A stretch of 28,621 bases of DNA from Bugula neritina (taxonomy: Eukaryota > Animalia > Bryozoa): NCBI GenBank assembly GCA_964035545.1, contig CAXIUT010000282.1, forward strand, positions 1 through 28,621, given 5' to 3'. Position numbers and translations under genes: made by a program. This document shows, piece by piece, positions 1 to 11,284 of the stretch (position 1 is its first letter; every line of letters begins with the position of its first letter). The notes beneath the pieces were generated by a model, which had not been told where the DNA came from, made no database searches, and worked only from the letters and a program-made list of their open reading frames with translations.

Positions 1-1935
1 TCATCTCACCCTCTCTGGGACCCGAACGACCCACACCTCTCACTGAATTATACTAAGCCTACATCAAATTAGAATGATAATCCGCATAACACTTTTATTT
101 TGACTGGCCTAATGCCACCTCACAAAGAAGAAGACAACCCATCGGATTCGATTTGGTCGCTTTGCAGTAATTGGCTGATTTACTCACTACATCTGCAAAA
201 TAAATTCCTTTGCCGAACATGTAACCAGTACTTGGTGCCTATGGAGGCGCTATCCTCAATCCCTGACTCAAAATGCCCACATAGTTAGTTAGACGAGATC
301 CATGCCAAAGCAAATATTTATTACTTATCTATTTTTTATAATTGTTTTACTCTTGAATAGATATGAGTTCATAAATGGTTTATACTTGAATTGTGTACTA
401 ATTATGAGTAGGAGCATGTGAATTTTTGATATATTTCATTATCATATCATAAACAGGCTAAGATTCATTCAACAGTCTAATTTATCTATTCAATTTGTTA
501 TAATTTATATCCAACTAATTCAACTCAGCACTCTCCTGAATCTAATCTATCATTTTGGTATATATCTGAATATCTTATAACGATTGCAACAGCTACAACT
601 TGTTTTTAACTTTGCATTAAGTATCTATAGCAAAATTAGCCAAATTCTTCATCCAAAATCATGAGGAATAAATGAATAAAACGCACTACTCCATTGATTT
701 AATACCTATGGCCGCTTCTTGCCTCGAAATTAGTCCATCAATTATTTTAAAGCGCCATATCCCTTCAATATATTCGATTTTGCTATTTTTCCCAAAGGCA
801 TTTTCTTGGAATCATAGCCTGTATCCTTTATCTGGTTGTTCATCATCTTCATATCGAAAATAAGACGAATTAGATTTTGTATTTTCGGGTCTAGAGTCGA
901 TTCGATTGTTTTATTTTTTTTTTATCTTTTGCTAGGATAATAAAAATTTCTTTTAGATTTCTAGTTTGTAACTTCTACTTTTTTATATCCATGTTTTAAT
1001 TTTTATAAATGTTTAGAATGATAATTTTTGATAGCTTATTCTACGTTAAGCGGTCCCCCCAACCCCAACCCCAACCCCAACCCCAACCCCAACCCCAACC
1101 CCAACCCCAAATAGTTATTAAAATTTTAAAGAGACTATAAAATTTGCATTACATAAAATCTATTTATATTGTCTTGAATATCTGAATGGTTCATTGTTAA
1201 GGAATAGGTGATATTTTTATTATTATCTGTATAAACTTTTACTAATTTCGGACGTGAATAAAATTAGTCAACTAGTACTGCTTTATCTTCAGGCTTTTCT
1301 TATTATTCTTATTATTTGCATTACTAAAATGTATCTGAAAATGTTTTTTGACATTTTCTAGATTATTGTTTTTTATTTTAGGTTATCTATTTAAGTTTGT
1401 TCAATTTATCTAATTTCTATGACATTATTCTAAATTTATTTTATTTCTATTTTTACTTTTTTAATTTCTCATACTATCTTTGCTCCTTTTTCTTCTGGGC
1501 TTGAATCAACTTTCTCTATTATTCCTATTTAATCAGTTATTATCTACGATCTATCTTATCTTGATTCATTTTGATAAAATTGTCTTTCTATTTTTATCTA
1601 TCTCTTTAATTTTTCTTTTACCTAGATTTCTATTTATCTTTTTATTTATATTTATATTTATATTTATCTTTATCTTTATTTTATTCTTTATTTTATTCTT
1701 TTTCTTATCTTTTTTATTTAGCTTTAACTTTCATCAAAACCTTTTAGCACTTATATCCCTTTTCACTATCTTCAACTACTTTTCTTTTATATGGTACTTT
1801 TTATTAAATATCATCATCTTAAAACTATTGCTTTCTCAAATATTTATTATTACCAACAATATCATCTTAATCTTACTGATCAACATGTTAAACAAAAATG
1901 CTTTCAACTCGACCAGCAGAACGCCTTCCCCTCAT
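1..1935 (-). CDS. PARP: Poly(ADP-ribose) polymerase, PARP2-like (K/E-rich N-terminus, WGR, regulatory and catalytic domains); 3' end runs off the window; interrupted by an in-frame telomeric tract (1057-1110) and a -1 frameshift at ~652
   Basis: With UAR=Glu the minus strand gives WGR N-half [24 protein letters not shown] (~1205-1135), WGR C-half [15 protein letters not shown], regulatory domain [40 protein letters not shown], and catalytic signature [59 protein letters not shown]. The start ATG at 1935 follows an in-frame TGA; an extra upstream exon is not excluded. Confidence 0.93.
1057..1110 (+). repeat. Internal telomeric tract (CCCCAA)9
   Basis: Nine perfect CCCCAA units, 54 nt, left-telomere orientation, lying inside the PARP WGR domain. 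Confidence 0.98.
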
Positions 1936-2113
1936 TCAATATATATCTATATTATTTATTTTAATACAATTATTTTTAATATCAATATCTTATCAAACTA
2001 CACTTTTGTATTAATACCCGAATAATCTTCCCATTTCTATCAATTGAAATTACTCCATTATTTTATTTTATTTAAAAATATGATATTATGATGATAATTA
2101 GATAAATTACGAA

Positions 2114-2501
2114 TCATTTGGGCATAAAATATCTCCACAACTTCCCCAAACACTAAAGCTAATCACCCTGAACAATTCCATTTTGATCTTTATCACATTT
2201 AGGATCTTTTAACCCAAATTTAGCAAATATCTATTCCTCAGACTTATTATCAAGATAATTCAGTATTCTCTTATTTGGATTAGGCTGCTAAAGATCTGCT
2301 CGAAAAGCATCAGCTGTAGTCCTGTTAGTCAAATGAGGTATCACGTTATTCAAACTATATTATCAAAAATATGTACAGTTATGCTTTGATGCCATTGAAG
2401 ATAGCTGAACTGGCTTAGACATCTAACTAGTGACCGAGGTATGACCAGCTGTATGATGAAATAGTCAGTGTGAGGGCAAGGATTAAGGTAAAGATTCGCA
2501 T
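2114..2501 (-). CDS. Small secreted protein (121 aa) with signal peptide and a Cys-flanked EF-hand-like loop; one 22-nt intron (2355-2376)
   Basis: MRIFTLILALTLTISSYSWS...KCDKDQNGIVQGDELECLGKLWRYFMPK-TGA. Removing the GT-AG intron gtacatatttttgataatatag restores the frame. Confidence 0.75.
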
Positions 2502-2642
2502 TTAATAAAAATAATAAAATAAATATCCAAATGATTTTACATTTATCCTTTTAAAATATCAATATAGAATTTATGAAGGTTTCAATAGATGTTATTTTCT
2601 TTGTTTCACTTTGTTTAACTTTATTTCAATAATATAATAATT

Positions 2643-4133
2643 ATGCTAAAAACTTTTTACATAAAGAAGTAATTTTTTATTCAAAGCCATACAGATACAA
2701 TCAAAGATCATTATTAAATTCAAGAGGTATTATTAGTTTGATATTAGATAATAGGTCGAGGAGCATTTGCAACAGTATACAAAGCAAAAATGAAATACTA
2801 CCCTTACACTATAAGAGCAATAAAAAGAATAAAGAAAAAATATATAAAGAATCCTGCAAGTATTATAAGCTAATATACAATTTTGACTTCCCTCGACCAT
2901 CCTCAAATAATAAAAATATACCAAACTTTCTAAGACAATGACAACTTCTACATGGTCCTCGAGTAATACTACAACTATCTTAGTTATTGCGACGGGGGAT
3001 AGCTTTTCAAAAGATTATAATAGGAAGGTAATTTTACCTAAAGAGATGCTCGAGTTATATTTATCCAAATGGCCAATATAATTAACTATTGCCACTGTCA
3101 CAAAGTGTCACATAGAGATCTCAAGCCTTAAAACTTTCTTATGCTTTCAAAAAAAACACTAGACATCATGCTAATTGATTTCGGATTAAGTTTCAAATGG
3201 AAACATAGTATGCGCGACTAACTTTCAAAACAAAATACCAAAATAACAGGAACTGCATACTACATGTCCCCATAAATATTTCATAAAAGCTATGATTAGA
3301 GTTGCGATATCTGGTCTTTGGGCATTATTCTATTTATGCTGACCACAGGAGAACCACCAGTATCAGGATCAAGTAGTAATTAGATTATGGCTAATATCAA
3401 AGAAGGCAAATTCAATTTTGGCGGTAGATGTTGTTTAATATAGTATTGAAATAAAAATCACTTAATCCGAAATTAGTTGATCTTTTGGGTAGAATCTTTG
3501 TCGGATAGAAAAATAGGATAGGAATACAAGATATTATCAAACATCCATGGATGACTATGAATCTTGAAGACCAAAAACTTAAAATAAGTTTCTAAAAAAT
3601 AAATAAATTCTCAAAATTATCTAAAGTATTCATACAACTATCTTCAGTTTAAAGTCCTAGTTCTCAATTATTTGGCCTCCCAACTTCCACAAAAGTAAAT
3701 CATGGTTATGGGAAAAGCATTCAACTAGATGGATAAAAACAAAGACGGCTATGTAACTGTTGAAGAACTCGCAACCTACATGAAAGATTCAAATGCCAAC
3801 CCATAATACGAATAACTAGTAACCATCATCAAACACATGGATGTAGATTTCAATGGAAAACTAGCATATAATTAGTTCATATCAGCCTGTCTCTCAAAAG
3901 CAGCCTCCAATAGCAAATAATATCTACTCTATGCTTTCCACTACTTCGACATGAGCGGCGATGGCAAGATATCAAAAGATGAGTTGAGTTTGGTCTTGAA
4001 AGCATATAAGAAATAATATTCTGACAATAAGAAACTAATCGATCAGTTACTTTTGGATTCTGATGCAAATAAAGACGGACTAATAGATTTTTAATAATTT
4101 TGTAAATATCTCATAGAAAAAGTTGAATAGTGA
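2643..4133 (+). CDS. CDPK: Calcium-dependent protein kinase (kinase domain + 4 EF-hands); introns 2727-2747, 2963-2983, 3424-3443, 3626-3647
   Basis: IGRGAFATVYK, RAIK, CDGGELF, HRDLKPENFL, IDFG, GTAYYMSPE, DIWSLG, HPW. EF-hands DKNKDGYVTVEEL, DVDFNGKLAYNEF, DMSGDGKISKDEL, DANKDGLIDFEEF. TGA at 4131-4133. Confidence 0.96.
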
Positions 4134-4181
4134 TATTTAAATCATTCATTTAATTAACACGAATGCCTATTTATATCAATT

Positions 4182-5993
4182 ATGTCGATTTCACTTGATT
4201 AGGAAGAGTTCAGCATTGCTCTCTATCTGCAACAAATATGCAAAAAACAAACCATCTACTATGACTAGTAGTCAACAGATACACTCTAAATAGATTTTGC
4301 TAACCTCCAAAAAGAGCTATCTAAAGTGCAAGTCATCCAAGAAAGAACCTACGAACAAATCGTCTAATTTGTCGATCAACACAGATAAAGATTCATTGAA
4401 ATCAACTAGCAACTATAAGATATCGAAGGAAAAGTAAAAAGAAGTGAAAATATTCTCAAATTGTTAAGTGGAAAAATCGATGACTACAAATCAGAGTACT
4501 ATCTAACATAATCTAAAATGCAAAAATTTATCAATTAATACGAAATGAGATTGATTAAAAAACAAATTATCACTCTATCTAAAAACTAAGCCATCTTTTT
4601 AATGAGATTTAATGGACAATTCGAACAAATCACAAACAAATAAATCAAATAGCTAAATCTCAACCAAAAATATCTTATTTCAAGATTCACATATAAACTC
4701 AACTTCATACGATCCTTGTATGACCACAACATTGTCAAAGAAGAGCTATCAGAATCATAGTAAATCGGTTAGATGGTTAACTATCTAGCAGAATAGTTTG
4801 AACTCTACCTAAGTGAACAACTTGCTAAATATCAAACTCTATTGTCCAGATGTGTTGATGATATGGAAAAAGATAAAATAATTTAGATATTGAATCAAAT
4901 CAGAGCATGGTATATGAATTTGGGGAAGCAGGAAGAGTATTATAGAATTATATAAAAAAATACTATTTAAAAATAAATGCAGTATGGATAAAAATTACTC
5001 GTTTCTAACAAAGCATCTCTTCTATCAGGAAAAGATTACCACATTATTTAAGAAGTTTTCACTAGAATCTTCAAAACTATTGTCCCCTTTCCAGAAAACC
5101 ATCCTAAATAAAGACTAAAATCCCTCTTATTTTCATTTTTCAAGAAAGAATAGCTAAAATTTCTTTATACATATGCCATGCCTATTTTCCCTTTAGCCTA
5201 TAGAAGTTATTTCTCGTCACTTAAAAACACTCACCTTCAAGCCTGGCTTAAACAAGAGTTAACAGATCATCATGGTTGGAATTTAAAGATGTGGGTACAA
5301 GTAAGATAAAAAAATATCAGTGATAGATCAAGTAATGATAGTGATATGATCAAATGGATATAAATCATATTCAAAAATACTTGTATCCTACCAGGTACTT
5401 TACCTTAGTTTACTCGTTTGGTATTTAAAATAGTCAACAGATATCTTAATAGACTCATTTCAAGTGACTTCTTGCCATCTTAGTTTTCAAAATTAATCAA
5501 TCAAAAAAATACAGTTGGCCCTGCTTTTAAAAGAAAGTTATCTGAGGCACGCTAAGGAACAGAAAATATAGCAAATCAAGCAGAATAAATAATCACTAAA
5601 TAGTTCAATAAAGCAATAAACACAATTCTGACTAAAAATTTACATAATATTTCCTCTAGTTGTCAAGGTAGTCTTGAACAAGCTAAATCTTTTGTAAGCA
5701 AAATAATTAAAAAAGATCGTGAATTTGTCCAAAATAATACAATAAACAAATATGAAACAATATTTAAACCTTTGCAGGCATTTATCAAAAATAGTTCTTA
5801 ACTTAGTGAAGACAGTATCACACATATCACTCATTTTGTTGAAAAAATGATGATATAACACTATGATTCAGTCTATGCAAAAGAAATCTTCGCTTATTCG
5901 AAAGTTCATCTAGTACCAGAGCAAATTAGCTTGGTAATGGAAGTTGTTGGAAGGGAAAGAACGACTCTATTCACATCTCAAGAATAAAAATGA
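4182..5993 (+). CDS. COG2: 603-aa helical protein, probably conserved oligomeric Golgi complex subunit 2 (COG2-like)
   Basis: Single TGA-free frame. The N-terminal amphipathic helix (YEQIVEFVDQHRERFIEINEQL) and the later WNLKMWVQVR and ILPGTLPEFTRLVFKIVNRY segments resemble COG2 motifs as recalled. Divergent; needs HMM confirmation. Confidence 0.55.
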
Positions 5994-6033
5994 TTCTTAA
6001 ATTGTATTAGTATAATTGCTTATGAAATCATGA

Positions 6034-8547
6034 TCATAGATTTTCAACAGTAAAAGTCCATCCCTCTGGAAGTCCTTCTTTGAAGGGATTTCTGACGATA
6101 TATTCAATATATTAATTTTTACCTATGAAATGACTATAATAAGGACTGAGGATTCTCTCGCTCTGCCCTGTTTGAAGTGAAAAAATAGTTCTATTTAGAT
6201 CTGAAATAAATCTAAATCCAGGATTTACAATAGAATCAAACTGTTTCGCATGATGAACATAGATAGCCACATTGAGAGTACGAGAGTTACCTCCTGATTC
6301 ATAATCTCTGTTCCATATCATATTCAATAAAGGAATATCTGAAAAAGGAATAATTTTAAATGTCTGTTTATGTATTTTACCCCATCTGTACTCTTCAATA
6401 TTTTGACTTCCGAATAATTTTTACAATTATTGAGGTAGTTTCTTAAAAGTCAAAGCAATACTTACTTCACAAGGATGAAACTAAGGATATTTACTTGTAT
6501 CTAAACTTCTACAAACAACTTTATCATCTTCTTCTAGTTTATTTTTACCATATCTTTCAAGCAATTTAAAATGATAGTTTTCAAAAAAAGCATGAGCCAC
6601 AATTGACTTTCTTTCCTATTCACTCAGAGAGGTCATTGTGAGTAAAGAATAATGAAATAATTGTTCCCACACATTGTAAATAGATGCCTGAATGGAATCT
6701 TTGCTCATTTAGCAATTCCATCCTTGCATTTTGCTAAATAATATTTCTGTCACTGGATGCGACCATAACTTTCGACTAACTGTCATTCTACCTAAAAATT
6801 ATGGTAATACTTCACATAAAAACTGATCTTTTTAACTAAGTTGCATCTCAATCATATCCTAAAATGTAAATTTCTTTTTATTCTATATTCCTTCCCTAAG
6901 AATCTTATCAATAATAAAAGAACGGCTTGTAGTTAATTGATGAATACTTGATCTATACTTGTAGTTATCTGAGACAAATTTGTTGTTGCCTAATGCCAAA
7001 TATCCCTTGGATGAATTTAGAAGTACTGGTTTTTCTTAAAATGATACTTGACCTTACATATCATAGATATCAGTGTTGCCATCTTTTATAAAAGATCCCA
7101 TCTAAGGGATTTTACGGATAGGAATGCTACCAAAAGGAGTGTAACCAAATGTTTGATTACGAGTGATTAATATATTGTCTATACTGGGATGTTCTGCATC
7201 TTTATAAATATCCCAAAATTACTACTATTTAGTTAAAATAAGAATTTTTAAAAGATTTTTAGCTGAAAATCTATCAGGTTTAAAGTGAGAAGCCACTAAA
7301 CTAAGAGTATGATTATCTTTATAATGATTAGGCAATGGATATCCATATTTTAAATGAATATCAAGATAAATAGACTCTATTATTACTCCTCGATGAGTAT
7401 GATGGAACGTTTAAATCATATCTGTTCCACCTCTTACTTTAAAGTGTTATTATCTTTATTAAAAATTCAACCATTAGTCTTTGAATTTATATTGAAGAAC
7501 TCCTGAATTGTTACGAATAGTTTCATAGTATACATCTTTATTATCTATATAACCTGCTGTAGATCCCCATGCTCCGAATTATGATACACCTACAGAAACC
7601 GTTGGAATTCCCTCAGGCATAACTCCAAATCTTCTTGATAAGATCTCATTATTTTCTTTAAGAAGAATAGTTTCAAAAGAGAAAAATACTCCTGGAAGCA
7701 AAGATCCTAGATGAGGATCATTAGCTAAGATAGGTCGTCCACTTTTCGTGTGTTATCCTCCAACTACCCATGCATTAGATCCAACTCCTTCCTGTGCTCC
7801 AGCCAAATGAGGAAAATTAATAGATCCAAGTGTCATGTTCTTTTTGACCCAATGTTCTTTAATAATCTATTTTTGTTTGCTTATATCATATTTTTCATAA
7901 ATTCCCATCTTTTTTAGCTACTAATCATTAACTATCGTCGTTTATCTGAATAAATTTTCTCTTCCAAAATTTAAGATCTTAGTAGTAAGATCAAATCCAA
8001 CTGTTTCCAGCAATCTTTGTCTTCCTAATTAGTAAAACCAATCGAACTAAAGAGTAAAAGATAGAAAATTAATCATAGCTAAAGTATTTTCAACTTCCCA
8101 ATCTTCCCATTTCAGCCAAAATAAATAAAATTATAAAGGAAGCATTTTAACAGTTTTAGCATATGTATTAATACCGTCAACATAAGCTGATAAATACTTC
8201 AGAGTTTATGGGTCAGTATGGTCTTTATTAACCTTAGCCATTTTATGAAACCCAATATTTCTCATTTATAGATCAGAAATAAGCAAATCTGGTCCAAAAA
8301 TTTAAGCTAATCTTCCTTAAAGTAACATTTTTTTGAAGTAAATGGTCCATAATCGATCTTGTCCTTCAGCATAACCTAATCCAAAACACATAGCTTAAAT
8401 ATCTTTACTATAGATATGAGGTATTCCAAGTTAATCCCTTGCAATTGAAAACTTATACTTGGTTTGAGGTTGATCTCTTTCAAGAAATGTGAGTTTATAT
8501 ATAAAAAGCCAGAAGAGCAACCAGAAGAAGATAGTAATCTTTTTCAT
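6034..8547 (-). CDS. Penicillin acylase / peptidase S45 family Ntn-hydrolase (837 aa, N-terminal signal anchor, apparently intronless)
   Basis: IARDELGIPHIY..FGLGYAEGQDRLW..GRLAEIFG (alpha subunit). GSNAWVVGGEHTKSGRPILANDPHL with the nucleophile Ser codon at 7777-7779. KGYLALGNNK, WGKIH, TGQSERILSPYY. Start and stop are in the same frame. Confidence 0.93.
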
Positions 8548-8584
8548 TGTTGATCAAATAAATAACTGATAAAGATATAAATTA

Positions 8585-9451
8585 TCATTTTATATTTTTT
8601 TGAAGTTCTGTCGGAAAAAGAGTTGATTCTTAATGTGTCTATATACTAGGTTCTGTTTGTAGATGTTTTGGACCTAAAACGTTCGATCTTTTATCTCGAC
8701 CCATTTTGAATAGTTGATTGTTATTTGTTACTTTATTTTTCATGATTTATTATTTTCTATAATAATTAGCTATATTTTTACCCATCCTTTTGATCCTCAT
8801 TTCCAATAAATTTTTACTCAACTGCTGTGATTTCAAATGATGATTTTTAATTTATTTTTCTTATTTTACCCTCGGAAGAGAATCAATCGATTTCAAAGGT
8901 TTTTTATCAAGAATGGTCTAACTTTTATTATTACCTTCATTTGCTTTACCTAGATATCTACTAGCTTTTAATTCTACTTTATTATTAGGTTGTGTTTTAA
9001 AATGAGTAATTCTTTTTTTGATTTGCATTGATCTTTGATAATCTTTCATTAAATTTTATTGATTTAATGATGAATTCATAGATTTAACTCTTGATTTAAT
9101 TCTATAGTTTTATTTTTATTGCTAAAACATTTTATACCTTGATTTTGTTGATCTATTTACCTTCAAAATATTAGCATCAGCTACAGTTTGAAAACTTAAA
9201 CTAGGTTTCATTTTTTGTATCTTATTTACTATTTTTGAATTTTATCTAGCTATTTATAAACTTTTAGTATTATATTTTCTCTAAAAATTACCATGACTAA
9301 CATTGCTATAATGATCTTTCGATGAATCAATGAATAGTTGACTCTTCCTATCTGACTTTATCTTTTATAACTTTTTTTTATGAAGATCATAATCATGTTT
9401 TTGTGTGTATAGTTGATTCAAAGGAGGTATTTTCATGTTATCAGGCTTCAT
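8585..9451 (-). CDS. 288-aa basic protein with CFAP97/KIAA1430 (Hemingway)-like repeats
   Basis: TGA-free frame. YDLHKKKLEKIKS...EIARENSKIVNKIQKM...EQEKENYRIKSRVKS follows the twin EN-motif pattern of CFAP97-domain proteins. Confidence 0.6.
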
Positions 9452-9481
9452 TATAATAATATATTTATCATTGATAGTTAT
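9452..9481. promoter_or_regulatory. 30-nt divergent intergenic region (putative bidirectional promoter / 5' UTRs)
   Basis: Lies between head-to-head ATGs at 9451 (-) and 9482 (+); almost pure A/T. Confidence 0.5.
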
Positions 9482-11257
9482 ATGAAATAATCAAAAAAAT
9501 AATCATTTTGCTAACAACTAAAAATAAAATTCAGTCAACTCAGCTTCTGGAAAAAAATTATCATCATTTTTACACTTAATACCTGTCTACTACTCATCGC
9601 AACAGATGCCATTATGCTTTCTCTATTCAGTAATATCAAAAATGAAATTTAACATATTTCCAATGAATAGCAAACACTATTCAATACAGCATCAACTGGA
9701 CAAGTAGTTTAAATAACATCTAAAATGGTGGTAAGTAAAATAAATTTTTATGGAGGAATTCTAGGACAACTTGTCAACACTTACAAGAAATTCCATCAAA
9801 TTCCAAGTATTTATACTGATTTATAAGGAACCAATCCACAGTTACCTCAATTTACTTCAACATTTACCAATGTTTCATATAGTTAACCAGCTTATTATCG
9901 ATATAACAGCTAAACTACCTTTACAAGTTTGCCATATTTAGATTAATTGCTTCCTGATTTACTACCTGAAGAATATTATTATTCTTAAACTAAAAGAATC
10001 AATATTTATGTTCAAAATAAAACCAATTTAAATGATTTTAGTGCTAGAACCTTTCCAGCCACTGATGATTTTATCATATAAAATCTAACATAGATATCGA
10101 GGAGATTCGATAATACCTCGGCTGGAATGTATACTATTAGCAACCCATATTCTGATTCTTTGGTCATAAATGAAAATAATACTGAAACTTTGTTAGCTTT
10201 TAGGACAATAATATATTCAAATGATCAAAATATCATGATAGAAATAGAAGTAAAACAATCTCTATTCACTTAAATGTTACAACAAATATTATTCTTACGC
10301 ACAGCAAGTGTATATCTCTACTCAATCGACTCAGAAAACTATCTATTTTACAATACAGATCCTCCACCACCAATACAATCCTCAATAGCGTCTCTATCTT
10401 CCCTAGGCTACAAAAGAATAACAAAACCAAAAACATACTAATAAGAATAATAACTCAGTTTTGTCGCTTCTACAGCATCACTATCAAATAACTACAAGAT
10501 CAATGAAATTGCAACTCTTACTAATACAACAAATGACAATATTCGATGTTTAGTAGTAGTTATTGCAAAATAAATAGAAAATCCTGCTAATTCTATTCAA
10601 TTGTTTTTAGATTCAGAATCTACTGTTTTAACTGGCATTATTCTAGCTTGGAGCTTTATTATTTTATTATCTACTGTAGCTCTAGCAACTGTTGTAGGAA
10701 ATTATATTTTTTATAATCTTAAATCATTATCAACTAAAATGAAAGATTATATCAAAGATCCAAGTCTATTTCATAATGTTATCATTTAATTAAAAGAATT
10801 AGAACTTAAAGGCATCTTAAAAAGATTAAGCTAAAACTTAATATCCATTATTTAGAAAATATAAGTGAGAAAAAAATAAAGAAAAAATAGAATAAGTCAA
10901 AATTATCATCCTTTGAGTATTGGAGATCAAAAATTCCAAGAAAGACAACAACTAAATGATTACTAGATTATATAAAATATAAAAAAATAGGTTAAGCAAA
11001 GAGTTTAATAATTAAAATATGAAGAGTATGAGAAATAAAGAATATAAAAATAATTATAAGAATAAAAAAGAAAAGAATAATAAAGATTAAAATAATTATA
11101 AGTATAAAGAGAAAGAGATGAAATATAAAAGTTATGGAAATAGAAGGCATAAAAATTATAAGAAAGAATCAAAAGGTACGATCATAATATTTCAATATAA
11201 GAAGAAAAAGATTAATAGTTTTCAGATAAAGAAGACAGTAAAGATAAATTAAAATGA
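9482..11257 (+). CDS. 591-aa two-transmembrane protein: TM1, extracellular Cache-like domain, TM2, HAMP-like/coiled-coil tail
   Basis: TM1 IIIIFTLNTCLLLIATDAIMLSLF; ISNPYSD (~10136-10156, the S-x-P-Y-x-D motif of dCache domains); TM2 VLTGIILAWSFIILLSTVALATVVGNYIF; E/K-rich coiled tail; TGA at 11255-11257. Confidence 0.7.
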
Positions 11258-11284
11258 TAAAATATTAAATAAATTATATATTAA

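Noticed and set aside
6034-8547. Bacterial contaminant insert
   Set aside because: The gene uses in-frame TAA/TAG as Glu, matches host composition, and is spaced 37-40 nt from ciliate genes.
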